Virus record (IMG/VR): IMGVR_UViG_3300015607_004160
From: a virus
Taxonomy: Duplodnaviria; Caudoviricetes
DNA: 64,000 nt
Reading direction: 5' to 3' (one strand)
Part shown: one piece after another, positions 49,831 through 60,848 of the stretch
Numbering within the stretch: position 1 is the first letter of the stretch
Layout of the letters: each line of letters begins with the position of its first letter
Notes under the pieces: generated by a model
Seen by the model: only the letters and a program-made list of their open reading frames with translations
The model's database searches: none
What the model was told of the DNA's origin: nothing
Program-made: the position numbers and the translations under genes

Positions 49831-51489
49831 ATGTCAGACATAAGAAAAGATATGGTAAAGTTCACACCAAGAGAGGAACAAGAAAGGGTTAATGACTTTA
49901 TCTTCAAAGTCAAGAAAGAAAGTCCAGATATGAAATTTTTTCTTTTAAATCTACCAACAGGTGTTGGGAAAAGTCATCTGGCTATGATGATAGCTAATTC
50001 TTACATTAATAAAGTTGATAATGGAGCTAAAGTAGATATAATTACAGCAAGTAAAATTCTACAAGATCAATATGCAGATACATATGAATCTATTAGTGAT
50101 TTAAAAGGTAAAGAAAATTATAAATGTAGTCAATATGCCTGTAGTTGTGCTCAAGGTATGGAATTCAACAAGTTAAATAAGACAAAATGTGATTTTTGTC
50201 CTTATGATAGTGCCAAACAAGGATATATTGGTGGTAAAGTTTCTTTAACTAATTTCTATCTATATTTAATATATGCTATTTATAGTCCTAAAATATTAGA
50301 AAGTAGAGGATCAAAAGTATTAATTGTTGATGAAGCGCATGAATTTGATGATGTTATGAGTGACTTCATTTCTATAAAAATGACAGAAGGCATAATTAAA
50401 AGAATGAAATTTACTAATGAATATCAAATTCTTAAAGATTTCAATAAAGTTAAAAATATAAAAGGCTACATAGAATTTTTAACACAACTAAACATTGAAA
50501 TTGTTGAAACAATAGATGCTATTGATAAATCAATGGAAGGAGGAAGAAGTCCTTTGGCAGACAAACGAGATCTAAAAATTGCTAAAATAACTGGTGGGGC
50601 GAATCAAGATTTAAAATTATTTCAAATAATAGCTGATCTAAAACAATATCAATTAAAAATTGAAATCTTCTTAAAAGAATATAAGGAAAATCCGGATAAC
50701 TGGGTACTAGAAACATCAGTGAATCCGAAAACAAATCAAAATGAATTGTCATTAGAACCAATATGGGCTTATGACTATTTAAATAAATATGTTTGGGGTA
50801 ATTATGACATGGTTATCCTAATGTCTGGGACAATCCTAAATAAGCAAATATTTACCACTCTAAATGGTATAGATGTTTCAAAGTCGGCGTATTATTCTAT
50901 GCCTTCTCCATTCCCCGCAAAAAACAGACCTATTTATTATATGCCTGTTGGAAAAATGAGTTACACTCAGAAAGAAGAAACTTTTAAAAAATATGTACCT
51001 TTTATTGATAAATTATTAAATAAATATAAAGGCAAAAAAGGAATTATACATACCAATTCATTTGAGTTAGCTGATTGGATTAAAAATGATGTTGGAAATA
51101 GTAGATTAGTATTTCATACATCTGAAGATAAAAACGAAGCATTACAAAATCATTTTGATTCAGAAGATGATACGGTAATTGTTAGTCCATCCATGGGTAC
51201 TGGTGTTTCCTTTGATCATGATAAAAGTAGATTCCAAATAATTGCTAAAGTTCCATATCCAAGTTTAGCATCACAGAAGAATAAGCTAAGACAAAAAAAT
51301 AATCCAGAGTGGTATGCTTGGAAAACGGTTTGTGGATTATTACAGATGACAGGTCGTTCTGTAAGAAGTAAAACAGACCATGCAGACACTATAATTATTG
51401 ATGGATCTTTCTCTGATGTATTAAGATATAGTTCTCAATATATTCCTAATTGGGTACAAGAGTCAATTAAGAAAATAGATGTAAAGTAA
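49831..51489 (+). CDS. DinG/XPD-like SF2 helicase
   Basis: PTGVGKS, Cys cluster, DEAH, MSGT, KVPYP, Q.TGR.VRS..D. Confidence 0.88.
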   Translation: MSDIRKDMVKFTPREEQERVNDFIFKVKKESPDMKFFLLNLPTGVGKSHLAMMIANSYINKVDNGAKVDIITASKILQDQYADTYESISDLKGKENYKCSQYACSCAQGMEFNKLNKTKCDFCPYDSAKQGYIGGKVSLTNFYLYLIYAIYSPKILESRGSKVLIVDEAHEFDDVMSDFISIKMTEGIIKRMKFTNEYQILKDFNKVKNIKGYIEFLTQLNIEIVETIDAIDKSMEGGRSPLADKRDLKIAKITGGANQDLKLFQIIADLKQYQLKIEIFLKEYKENPDNWVLETSVNPKTNQNELSLEPIWAYDYLNKYVWGNYDMVILMSGTILNKQIFTTLNGIDVSKSAYYSMPSPFPAKNRPIYYMPVGKMSYTQKEETFKKYVPFIDKLLNKYKGKKGIIHTNSFELADWIKNDVGNSRLVFHTSEDKNEALQNHFDSEDDTVIVSPSMGTGVSFDHDKSRFQIIAKVPYPSLASQKNKLRQKNNPEWYAWKTVCGLLQMTGRSVRSKTDHADTIIIDGSFSDVLRYSSQYIPNWVQESIKKIDVK

Positions 51490-51525
51490 TTAACTTACCA
51501 CAATTGAAATTTATTACGTTAATAT

Positions 51526-51554
51526 AAAAAAAAGCCACTTAAAAAAAGTGGCTT
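51526..51554 (-). terminator. intrinsic terminator
   Basis: AAGCCACTT-N5-AAGTGGCTT with a U-tract on the minus strand, between convergent genes. Confidence 0.75.
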
Positions 51555-51578
51555 GGTTATATTTTTAAAATTAGCAGT

Positions 51579-51881
51579 TTACTTTTGTTTAGCTAAAATT
51601 GCTTTTTGAAAAGCTTCTGGTAATTTCTTTTGTTTAGCGGTTAATCCCTTTTTCTTTACATGCTTATCTTCTTTATCTTCCTTTTCTTTCTTTGGTGCTT
51701 TCTTTTTTTCAGTAACACTCTCCCCTTGACAATTTTTGCAATCACATTCATCACAATCACATTCATCACAATTGCAATTACAGTCAGGACATTTTTCATT
51801 AAAAACTTCCTCATCTAAAAGTTCTTCAACTGCGTATGCTTTATTAATTCCGAATGTCTCAAACGTTTTTAAATATTTCAT
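51579..51881 (-). CDS. small Cys-rich protein with basic tail (MKYLKTFE)
   Basis: CPDCNCNCDECDCDECDCKNC; LTAKQKKLP. Confidence 0.7.
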   Translation of the reverse strand: MKYLKTFETFGINKAYAVEELLDEEVFNEKCPDCNCNCDECDCDECDCKNCQGESVTEKKKAPKKEKEDKEDKHVKKKGLTAKQKKLPEAFQKAILAKQK

Positions 51882-51954
51882 AATTTTTTATTTGTTTTTG
51901 TATATTATATATTAGATTTGAAAAATCAAAAAGATTTTCTTAATATATACTCAT

Positions 51955-52758
51955 ATGAAACTTTTAAGATATTCTGATCACAGTAAGACCATAGATATGG
52001 CAGAAGAATTTCTAAATATTATTGGAAATGATACAATAAATGAATCTGAAAAGACAGAATATGATACTGTTCTTAAAAAGATAGTAAGCGACTTAAAGTT
52101 AAACGTTCAAATGATTTTAACATTTGGGGTGGGTATGCAGTCAATGTTTCCTGTAGTAAACAAATTAGTTGCCAATATGAGTCTGAATATAGACTTGACA
52201 CCAGAAACAATTGTTTTAATGACAATTGCTGGAATGACAATTGCCTATTTAGAAGAGCATAAAGAATTACAAGAAAGAAAAAAGTTAGAAAAGGATGCTA
52301 AATCCATGTTAGAAGAACTAAAACTAAGAGGAGTCGGAAATGGAATTGTCAAAAAATTAGTATCGTGTATTAAATCAATGGGTAACATATTTAAAATACT
52401 ATTCAAAAATAAAAGACATGTTATAAATGGATTCTTTGATATGTTTGGATATACATCGCTTTTAATGCCTGTATTAAATGCTATTTCTTATATGATTGGT
52501 AAATATGATATGAATCTAGAAACCTTGCCATCTAATTTCTTATCATTAGGATTAGGAGTAACTACCCTCGCCGCAAAGCATGGATTGAATTATCTAATTG
52601 ATTTACTAAAGGATAAGTTAAAAATAAATAAAAAAGACATATTCAAACATGTCAATGATGTTGATGACCCTATATTAAAAAAGTATCCACATCCTGAATA
52701 TATAGATGTAGATTATGATAATATAGAAAACGATAAATTAATTAAAGAACATGATTAG
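51955..52758 (+). CDS. hypothetical protein with hydrophobic helices
   Basis: ORF; TAATATATA upstream. Confidence 0.7.
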   Translation: MKLLRYSDHSKTIDMAEEFLNIIGNDTINESEKTEYDTVLKKIVSDLKLNVQMILTFGVGMQSMFPVVNKLVANMSLNIDLTPETIVLMTIAGMTIAYLEEHKELQERKKLEKDAKSMLEELKLRGVGNGIVKKLVSCIKSMGNIFKILFKNKRHVINGFFDMFGYTSLLMPVLNAISYMIGKYDMNLETLPSNFLSLGLGVTTLAAKHGLNYLIDLLKDKLKINKKDIFKHVNDVDDPILKKYPHPEYIDVDYDNIENDKLIKEHD

Positions 52759-54964
52759 TAAATATAGTAATTTTTTAATTGACAAATTATTAGAATCAGT
52801 GATGGTTAGTTCTGCTGATTTTCTATCTATTCTAAATGGTATGACTAACACTGCAATTGGTAATAAGCTATATGGTGTAATTGTTGGAGAGCATGATGTT
52901 AAAACAAACTATAACTTAATAGGACTATCTGATAAAAATGATGAAATTTCATTTCTACCAGATAGTCAATATCAAAGATTTAAAGAAAAGGGTGAAAATC
53001 CATGGACTAAAACCAAAAGCAAATCTAAGATTGGTCGAATGGTTCGTCAGTTATTAATGGATAATGGATCCAATGTAACAGATGCTCAAATTGAGGAATT
53101 TGTTAATCAATTTAAGGCAGAGTGGGATAAGAGAAATTCTACAAATAGAAAAATAGAAATAGTTAATGGTGATAAGATATTGTATTGGTATAATCAAGAT
53201 CACTATTATGGAAGTGGTGGAACACTAGGCAACTCATGTATGAGATTTCCTGAAAAGAATAAATACATGAAAATATATGCATCTAATCCAAATAAAATAT
53301 CTATGGTCATACTAACCGAGGATAATAAATTGATAGCAAGGGCCTTATTATGGAAATTAGATCAATCAACAAATGGTAAAAAAATATACTTAGATAGGGT
53401 CTATTATAAAAATGATAGCGATTATAGATATGTGCATGATTGGGTCTTCGAAAACATTGCCAAAGGAGATGAAAACATATTTGCGTCACACTCGAAAATT
53501 GGAGGTGGCGAAATGATGTGTAAATTAGAAAATGTTAAGTTTGATGAATATCCTTACGCTGATACTTTTAACTGCTTATATAAAAGATTAGAAGGAGGTA
53601 AAATAACAGGAGATGGAATGGTATCAAATGTCAATAAAAGTAGTGAATATCCTAATTTTGTTATATCTGAATTATTAGATACTGCTGGAAGGGAAGACAT
53701 AAAAACACATAGATATTCAGTTAGTCTAGACGTTTATATAAAGAGAGATGATGCTGTTTTTATAGAATCATTAGACTCATATATTTATAAAAAGGATGCA
53801 AAATATAGCAATTATACCGGATCATATTATTTGGAGAAAGAAGTTATTTACTCTAAAGCAATGGACGATTGGATTCCTAATAAAATTGCTGTGGATCATC
53901 CAAAATATGGAGTAATACCTACCAGCTACTTAGTTGACGTTATAACCGAATACATTGGTACCAAAACTACAACATTGGGTATTTATCATGATATGCGTAA
54001 TTACCAATCCTGTACAAAATCAGAAAAGATGCTTAAAAATGGAGATGAATATTTCCGTGCTACAAATAGCCCGGTTTATTCTGCTAGAAATTATGATGTG
54101 AAACTTAAGATATCTGATATATGGGGATATAACTATCCAAATTTCATTTGCTTTAAGGTATATAAAGTTAAAGATCAAGATGAATTTTCAAAAATTGTTG
54201 ACGAACTTAAAATACCATACACATCAAGAAATGATTATTTTATAACCAAAGAAACATCAGATTTTTTTAATATTCCGGTTGAAGAGACAGATAGATATGT
54301 TTATCCTACTGACTATATTGAAAGGTTAGATATTAATTTTTATTTTGATTATCTTAAAATAAAAGATGAAATAAAAGCATCTGAGGAAATAACAATTAAA
54401 TATGATGAATTTATGAAGGAGTTACATGATTTTAGATATCAAACAGATGGCTCATATAGGCAAAATGTAAATGATCAAAAAATAAGTAAAAAAATAGGTA
54501 AAGAGAAATATGAAATATTAAAAGAAATTGTAGGTAACTCGATTGATGAGGTAGTAAAAAATATTGATCCAATTAGATTTAAACGTATGTTAGAAGACAT
54601 CGGATCTAATAGCCTGAATGATGGTGAAATAACAATCATGATGAAGCTTATGCCACTATCATATATATATTATATGCTTACTGATAGTTGGAACTCTTCA
54701 TATAGAGAAGTGAGAAATTTTTTATATTCAAAAAATGATTCTATTTCAAGGAATGTTGCAGAAGTCGCATCAGCATTAACCATTTATGAATTAGGAAATA
54801 TGATTCGTAGTGTATTTGATAGAAATTTAGACAAACTTATAAATGATTCAAAACTAGAAATAGATATTTCTGATTTTAAGTCCTACTTATTATCAAATTA
54901 TAGTAAGGATAAATTATATAAAGTATATTCTGATTTAGATTTAGGAATTGATACCTCAAAATAA
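52751..54964 (+). CDS. SCM/RALLW/DRVY family paralog 3
   Basis: GTLGNSCM, ARALLW, YLDRVY, YPYADT. Confidence 0.8.
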   Translation: MISKYSNFLIDKLLESVMVSSADFLSILNGMTNTAIGNKLYGVIVGEHDVKTNYNLIGLSDKNDEISFLPDSQYQRFKEKGENPWTKTKSKSKIGRMVRQLLMDNGSNVTDAQIEEFVNQFKAEWDKRNSTNRKIEIVNGDKILYWYNQDHYYGSGGTLGNSCMRFPEKNKYMKIYASNPNKISMVILTEDNKLIARALLWKLDQSTNGKKIYLDRVYYKNDSDYRYVHDWVFENIAKGDENIFASHSKIGGGEMMCKLENVKFDEYPYADTFNCLYKRLEGGKITGDGMVSNVNKSSEYPNFVISELLDTAGREDIKTHRYSVSLDVYIKRDDAVFIESLDSYIYKKDAKYSNYTGSYYLEKEVIYSKAMDDWIPNKIAVDHPKYGVIPTSYLVDVITEYIGTKTTTLGIYHDMRNYQSCTKSEKMLKNGDEYFRATNSPVYSARNYDVKLKISDIWGYNYPNFICFKVYKVKDQDEFSKIVDELKIPYTSRNDYFITKETSDFFNIPVEETDRYVYPTDYIERLDINFYFDYLKIKDEIKASEEITIKYDEFMKELHDFRYQTDGSYRQNVNDQKISKKIGKEKYEILKEIVGNSIDEVVKNIDPIRFKRMLEDIGSNSLNDGEITIMMKLMPLSYIYYMLTDSWNSSYREVRNFLYSKNDSISRNVAEVASALTIYELGNMIRSVFDRNLDKLINDSKLEIDISDFKSYLLSNYSKDKLYKVYSDLDLGIDTSK

Positions 54965-55081
54965 TTTTTATTCGGATTTTTAGAAAAATAAGACATTAAT
55001 CTCGGTCATTCATTTTAGGAAGAAATATATAATAAACTTAAATTTTTTCTACCTATATAATATAAAAACTATGCAAAAAGA

Positions 55082-56422
55082 ATGACCATATCTCTCGAAA
55101 AAATATTTTTCGCTTATATACTCAACAATAAAAAATACTTCGAGATAGTAGAACCCTTTTATTTTAAAAATAACGAAATACAATTTGTATATAATGTTAT
55201 TAGGAAATATATGCTTAAAAATATTGAAGTAGATATTCCTACACCTAAACAAATACTTGAAATGGTCTCTTTGGAAGATAAAGAAGGACTTATTACTAAA
55301 GATATACTTAAAGCTATTTTAACTACAACATTAAAAGACTATGATGAAAACAATTTCATTGTTCCTAAAATGAATGCATGGATTTTATCCAATAGAATAA
55401 AAAGTGGAACTATTGATATTATTGATGAAACTAGAAACTTAGATGCAATAACTGATTTTGAAGAAGCGGTTTTATCAGCAAATAAGATTAAAGGAATTGT
55501 TGACCAAATGTCTAATACAAGTTTTGTACATGATGAGGATATGGGAACCGATTTTGATGACGCGGAATCACACATACAGGATACTGCAAAATTTAAAGTT
55601 AGATCTGGATTTGAAACAATAGACCATATGTTGGGTGGTGGATGGGATATTCAAACGCTCAATGTGGTTATGGCGGAAACCAACAATGGTAAATCACTAT
55701 GGATGCAAAATTTTGCTGCTAGGTCCGCTGATATGGGATATAATGTTCTTTATATAACATTAGAGATGAGTGAACGCAAGGTCCTTAAAAGGATAGGATC
55801 TATGAGATTAAAAATACCTATTAACGACTATGATAGAATATCAAAAGATACAGAATCAATTAAGAGAAAGATACAGAGTTTAAAAAGTTCATCCAATGGA
55901 ATTGGCGATGATATTTTCGAAAAGAAAGTTGGAAAAATTATGACAAAGTTCTGGGCTGCTGGAACTGCTACTGTTAATGAATTTGATAGTTATATAACCA
56001 AATTAAGGGAGAAAAAAGGTATCAAAATTGATTTGGTTATTGTAGACTACATTACTTTAATAGCTCCACAAAAAGGAATGAGTACAGATAATCTATACTC
56101 CAAAGGTAAGTCATTGGCTGAAGGGCTAAGAGCAATTGCTGCGAAATATAAAATACCATTAATAACTGGAGTTCAAGTGTCTAAGGATGCATGGAATTCT
56201 AATGATATAACACTAGAGCAAGTTCCTGAGTCAAAAGCAATTGCTGAAACAGCGGATACCTTCTTTGCTATAATAAGAACAGAGGAAATGAAGCGTCAGA
56301 ATCTCTATAGATTTAAATTATTAAAACAAAGAGATGGTGACTTTTTAAAATCCCAAGTTAGAATTAATTTAAATCCGGTTTATCTAACATTAGAAAATGA
56401 TGTCTTTTTAGATTCTATGTAA
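55082..56422 (+). CDS. replicative helicase (T4 gp41/DnaB-like)
   Basis: AETNNGKS, YITLEMSE, IVDY, ES.AI..TAD, KQRDG. Confidence 0.92.
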   Translation: MTISLEKIFFAYILNNKKYFEIVEPFYFKNNEIQFVYNVIRKYMLKNIEVDIPTPKQILEMVSLEDKEGLITKDILKAILTTTLKDYDENNFIVPKMNAWILSNRIKSGTIDIIDETRNLDAITDFEEAVLSANKIKGIVDQMSNTSFVHDEDMGTDFDDAESHIQDTAKFKVRSGFETIDHMLGGGWDIQTLNVVMAETNNGKSLWMQNFAARSADMGYNVLYITLEMSERKVLKRIGSMRLKIPINDYDRISKDTESIKRKIQSLKSSSNGIGDDIFEKKVGKIMTKFWAAGTATVNEFDSYITKLREKKGIKIDLVIVDYITLIAPQKGMSTDNLYSKGKSLAEGLRAIAAKYKIPLITGVQVSKDAWNSNDITLEQVPESKAIAETADTFFAIIRTEEMKRQNLYRFKLLKQRDGDFLKSQVRINLNPVYLTLENDVFLDSM

Positions 56423-56460
56423 ACATAACCTAAAGATATAATATAATTAAAAAATAACTA

Positions 56461-57426
56461 TTGGAAATGCCAAAGAAAAAGAAGATAGAAATAATTGATG
56501 AATCAGAGGAAATGATTAAAGAGGAATTAGAGGAAGTAATTGAAGACTTAGGTGAGGAAGAGTCAATTGAAATTGAAGAGTCTATAGAGGACGATCATGT
56601 TGATTCTGTTATAGAAATTGAAGATGACGATCTAATCTTTGATATAAAGGAAGAGGAATTTATTGAAGAAGATGATGAAGAAATTGATGATGAAGAAAAA
56701 GATGAGTCTAATGATATAGTATTATCTAAACACACAATTGAAGGGAAACATAGCTTAAAATATGACTCTATCTTTAAGGGTAAAAAAGAAGAAACTCCCG
56801 ATAATGAAGACTTTGATACCATGTTCTTTAATGAAAAATTTGAAGTAGATAAGGCCTCTCAATATTGGTTTGAATCCATTGATAATGAAAATTATACCAA
56901 AGAAAAAAGAGTTAAGGAAAAGGTATATGAGGTTCTATCCGCTCATACTGATATTAGTTTCCTAAATAATAGGAGAAAACCATCTAGAGTAGATTTCAAT
57001 CACTATTATTATTTATTGAAGACACATCTTAAAAAAGAAAATTTCACAAACATTGAATTGTTTAATGAACTATCCGTCTATTTTTCAGATAATTTGTTTA
57101 ATATGTTTAAATTATTAGACAACAAATGGAGAAATTTGATAATAAATGAATTACAGGATCATATCGGTAAGAAAAATTATTCAAATGAGGTTGTTCAAAG
57201 AAACATACACAAAGGAACTGAAATTGAATTTGAATGGCTTGACAATGATAATAAACTAAAGTTAATAACAGGAGTTGTTATTGAAGTTGATTATGAAATA
57301 TTTGAGTATAAAGTTGATTCATATGAAAACATTTATTTAGTTACTATTGAAATAGTAACCAAAATATTAAATAATAGTAAATTTAAATACAACTTGAATA
57401 AACTCAATAATATTGACTTTTTATAA
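56461..57426 (+). CDS. hypothetical protein with acidic N-terminus
   Basis: 321-aa ORF. Confidence 0.7.
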   Translation: MEMPKKKKIEIIDESEEMIKEELEEVIEDLGEEESIEIEESIEDDHVDSVIEIEDDDLIFDIKEEEFIEEDDEEIDDEEKDESNDIVLSKHTIEGKHSLKYDSIFKGKKEETPDNEDFDTMFFNEKFEVDKASQYWFESIDNENYTKEKRVKEKVYEVLSAHTDISFLNNRRKPSRVDFNHYYYLLKTHLKKENFTNIELFNELSVYFSDNLFNMFKLLDNKWRNLIINELQDHIGKKNYSNEVVQRNIHKGTEIEFEWLDNDNKLKLITGVVIEVDYEIFEYKVDSYENIYLVTIEIVTKILNNSKFKYNLNKLNNIDFL

Positions 57427-57573
57427 AAAAATCAATAAAAAGTGGTTGTAAAAAATTTTTGGTTTTTTATGATTGATGAAAAATATTAAAAAAATTCTTC
57501 AATATATAAAAAACACTTTAAGAAAAATATTAGCATTTCAAGCTAAAAAATAAAAAAAAATATAAAGATTTTT

Positions 57574-60081
57574 ATGAAGAAAAACAATACGAGCTTTATT
57601 AATGAAGCAAGTGAGGAAATCTATTTGCAAACCTATAAATTTCACGGAGATGAAAGTAGAAAGGCGGATGATGATATTAACGATACTCACTTCAGAGTAG
57701 CCAATGACCTAGCACAAAATGAGGATAATAAAGAAAAGGTAACAAATGATTTTCTAACTATATTAGAAGATTTTTCTTTTATGCCCGGAGGAAGAATAAC
57801 ATCTAACGCAGGAACTGGATTAAAAGGAACTACTTATATTAACTGCTTTGTTGACGGATTTACTGGTGAATCACAAGATTCCATGGAAGGAATTCTAGAC
57901 ACACTCAGAAGACAGGCATTAATATTAAAATCAGAAGGTGGGTATGGATTTAACTCTGATGTTATGAGGCCAAAGGGAGCTTATATCGGAGGTATCGGAA
58001 ATGAATCCCCAGGCTCGGTGGAAATGTTAGATATGTGGGACACACAATCTGCAGTTATCACAAAAGGATCAGGAAAGAAAAGTAAGAAAGGAAAGCAAAA
58101 GATTAGAAAGGGCGCCCAAATGGTAACTAAAAGTGTTTGGCACCCAGATATTGAAGAATATATTACTGTTAAACAAACTGAGAACAAATTAACTAAATTC
58201 AACATGTCTATCCTTTGTGATGACGATTTTATGAACGCAGTTAAACACAACAAACCTTGGAACTTAAAATTTCCTGATTTTGAAAATTGTAAAGATCTTT
58301 ATAATAAAGAATGGGATGGTAATATCAGACTATGGGAAAGTAAAAACTATCCAGTAAAAATCTACAAAACATATGAAAATGCAAATGAGTTATGGGATTT
58401 AATTAGTAAATCTACATATAATAGAAATGAACCTGGTGTTCTTTTCGTAGATACGATTAATAGATTAAATAATCTATGGTATTGTGAGTATATTAATGCT
58501 ACTAACCCATGTGGAGAACAAATATTACCTATTGGCGGTGTTTGTTTATTAGGTAGCCTAAACTTAGCTCAGTTTATAAATGATAACAGAGAATTTGACT
58601 TTGAAAAGTTCAAAAACTTTATCCCTAAAGCTGTTAGAATGATGGATAATGTGAATGATATCTCATACGTTCCATTAGATTCACAAAAAGTAAATCTTCA
58701 GAACAAAAGAAGAATTGGACTTGGAATAATGGGATATGGTAGTGCTCTTTTAATGATGGGATTAAAATATGGTTCTGAAAAAGCACTTAAATTTACAGAT
58801 GAGGTTATGTCTTGTTTAGCTAACACAGCTTATCAGGCTTCTGCTTTCTTAGCTAAGGAAAAAGGTGCATTTCCTTTATATGACGAAGATAAATATCTAC
58901 AATCTAAATTTATTCAAAATGTATTGAGTGATGAGACTAAAGCGTTAATTAAAAAACATGGTATCAGAAATAGCCACTTATTAAGTATTCAACCAACTGG
59001 TAACTCAAGCTTCTTTGGAAACAATGTTAGTGGTGGTGGAGAACCTATTTTCTTATTTGATTATATCAGAACAGCTATTCAACCATTTGCTCCAGAAGGA
59101 TTGGATGTTCCAAAAAACATTGACTTTTCAAATAAAACTTATGATAGTACAACTGAATGGAAATGGAAAAAAGAAGGCGACGAAAATATGCTGTGGACAG
59201 AGTTTAACGGGGTAATATGGAAGTATGACAAAAATAGAGGGCTTCTTAAAGAAATTAAAGTAGAAGATTATGGTGTATGGTGGCTAAGACAAAGAGGATT
59301 ATGGGATGAAAATGCAGATTATTCTGTAAATGCTTATAAATTAACTGTTGACGACCACGTTAAAACTATGGAGGTATTAGCTAAATACTTAGATAGTGCG
59401 ATGTCTAAAACAATTAATCTTCCAGAAAATTATCCATATGAAGATTTTAAGAGTGTTTATTTTAAATGCTGGGAAACTGGTGTAATTAAAGGATGTACTA
59501 CTTATAGAGATGGTACGATGGCAGCAGTTCTATCAAAATCTTCAACTACAGAGATAAATGAGAATGAATTTCACTATCATAACGCTCCAAAAAGACCAAA
59601 AGAATTACCATGTGATGTATTTAAAATTACAGCTAAAGGTAAAAAATGGACAGTTATTGTTGGATTATATGATGACAAGCCATATGAATGTTTTGGTGTT
59701 GAACACGATGTTACGGAAATTCCTGAAAACTTTAAAAGAGGTTTACTTGTAAAAGAAGGAAAGGGTAGTTACACATTAAAAAATGAGAAATATACTATCA
59801 ATGATGTTACAGCTAATATGACTGATGAAGAAGAATCATTAACAAGAATGATATCAACGGCTTTAAGACACGGATCTTCTATCGATTTTATTGTTGATCA
59901 GTTAAATAAATCAAATGGTACAGTAGTTAGCTTCAATAAAGCAATCGCTAGAGTTCTTTCCAAATATGCTAAAGAACTTAGTGAATCTAAAAAGAAATGT
60001 GAGGAATGTGGTGGAATAAATATAGCATTTGAAGAAGGATGTTTTAAATGTTATGATTGTTCTCATAGCAAGTGTCAGTAA
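57574..60081 (+). CDS. nrdJ: ribonucleotide reductase, class II (B12-dependent) type
   Basis: PGGR, NCFV, EPG.LF.D, TNPCGEQ, C.LGS.NL, RRIGLG, PTG, SKTIN; C-terminal domain plus Zn ribbon; no small subunit adjacent. Confidence 0.85.
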   Translation: MKKNNTSFINEASEEIYLQTYKFHGDESRKADDDINDTHFRVANDLAQNEDNKEKVTNDFLTILEDFSFMPGGRITSNAGTGLKGTTYINCFVDGFTGESQDSMEGILDTLRRQALILKSEGGYGFNSDVMRPKGAYIGGIGNESPGSVEMLDMWDTQSAVITKGSGKKSKKGKQKIRKGAQMVTKSVWHPDIEEYITVKQTENKLTKFNMSILCDDDFMNAVKHNKPWNLKFPDFENCKDLYNKEWDGNIRLWESKNYPVKIYKTYENANELWDLISKSTYNRNEPGVLFVDTINRLNNLWYCEYINATNPCGEQILPIGGVCLLGSLNLAQFINDNREFDFEKFKNFIPKAVRMMDNVNDISYVPLDSQKVNLQNKRRIGLGIMGYGSALLMMGLKYGSEKALKFTDEVMSCLANTAYQASAFLAKEKGAFPLYDEDKYLQSKFIQNVLSDETKALIKKHGIRNSHLLSIQPTGNSSFFGNNVSGGGEPIFLFDYIRTAIQPFAPEGLDVPKNIDFSNKTYDSTTEWKWKKEGDENMLWTEFNGVIWKYDKNRGLLKEIKVEDYGVWWLRQRGLWDENADYSVNAYKLTVDDHVKTMEVLAKYLDSAMSKTINLPENYPYEDFKSVYFKCWETGVIKGCTTYRDGTMAAVLSKSSTTEINENEFHYHNAPKRPKELPCDVFKITAKGKKWTVIVGLYDDKPYECFGVEHDVTEIPENFKRGLLVKEGKGSYTLKNEKYTINDVTANMTDEEESLTRMISTALRHGSSIDFIVDQLNKSNGTVVSFNKAIARVLSKYAKELSESKKKCEECGGINIAFEEGCFKCYDCSHSKCQ

Positions 60082-60140
60082 TAAATAAATCAATCACATC
60101 ATTTACAACAACGTAGAAACCATATTCTAATATATAGAAT

Positions 60141-60848
60141 ATGGTTTCTTGTTTTATATGTAAAGTAGAATTTATTAATAACAATGGCGGTCAGCTCACT
60201 AATCACATAAAAAAACATCATAATATCAATCTAGTGGATTATGTTATTTTAACAGAATATAATAATATTCCACCAAAATGTAAATGTGGATTATGTGATG
60301 AAGTTCCGCATTTATATAGAGGTAAATTTTTAAACTATGCTAAAGGACATGATGGGTTTAAATTTAAAGAAAATGAATATATTAAAAAATATGGTATTCC
60401 GAAATGCAAAAAATGTGATAAGGAGGTGGGATTTTATCGTGGAAGTCCAAATAAATATTGTAAATGTAGACCAAGATACAAATCAATTAATGGTGAAATT
60501 TTTGAATGGGGAAGGCTAATTATAAATAAGAGATATAAAAAAACAAACATTTTATATCAAAGCAGCTATGAATATGATTTTTTAAAATTTTGTGAAGAAA
60601 ATAATGTTCTACATCTGGTATCAAGATCTCCATCATTTAAATACTTAAATAGTAAATCACATCATTTTCCAGATTTTCTATTTAATGATGAATATGTTAT
60701 AGAAATAAAATCAAAGTGGATATTAGATTTACAAGGTGGAATGGATATTATACAAGAAAAGATTAAATCAATCGGATCCAAATATAAATATTTACTTATA
60801 TTAGACAAAGATTATTATAAATTTAATAAAATTTTAAAAGGTGTATAA
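60141..60848 (+). CDS. putative homing endonuclease (Zn fingers plus PD-(D/E)xK)
   Basis: C2H2-like start, PKCKCG.C, SSYE..F, HFPDF...IEIKS. Confidence 0.72.
   Translation: MVSCFICKVEFINNNGGQLTNHIKKHHNINLVDYVILTEYNNIPPKCKCGLCDEVPHLYRGKFLNYAKGHDGFKFKENEYIKKYGIPKCKKCDKEVGFYRGSPNKYCKCRPRYKSINGEIFEWGRLIINKRYKKTNILYQSSYEYDFLKFCEENNVLHLVSRSPSFKYLNSKSHHFPDFLFNDEYVIEIKSKWILDLQGGMDIIQEKIKSIGSKYKYLLILDKDYYKFNKILKGV

Noticed and set aside
57574-60081. Intein or intron in the RNR, or class I NrdA
   Set aside because: Motifs are contiguous with no splicing blocks; the C-terminal Zn-ribbon domain and lack of an adjacent NrdB favour class II.
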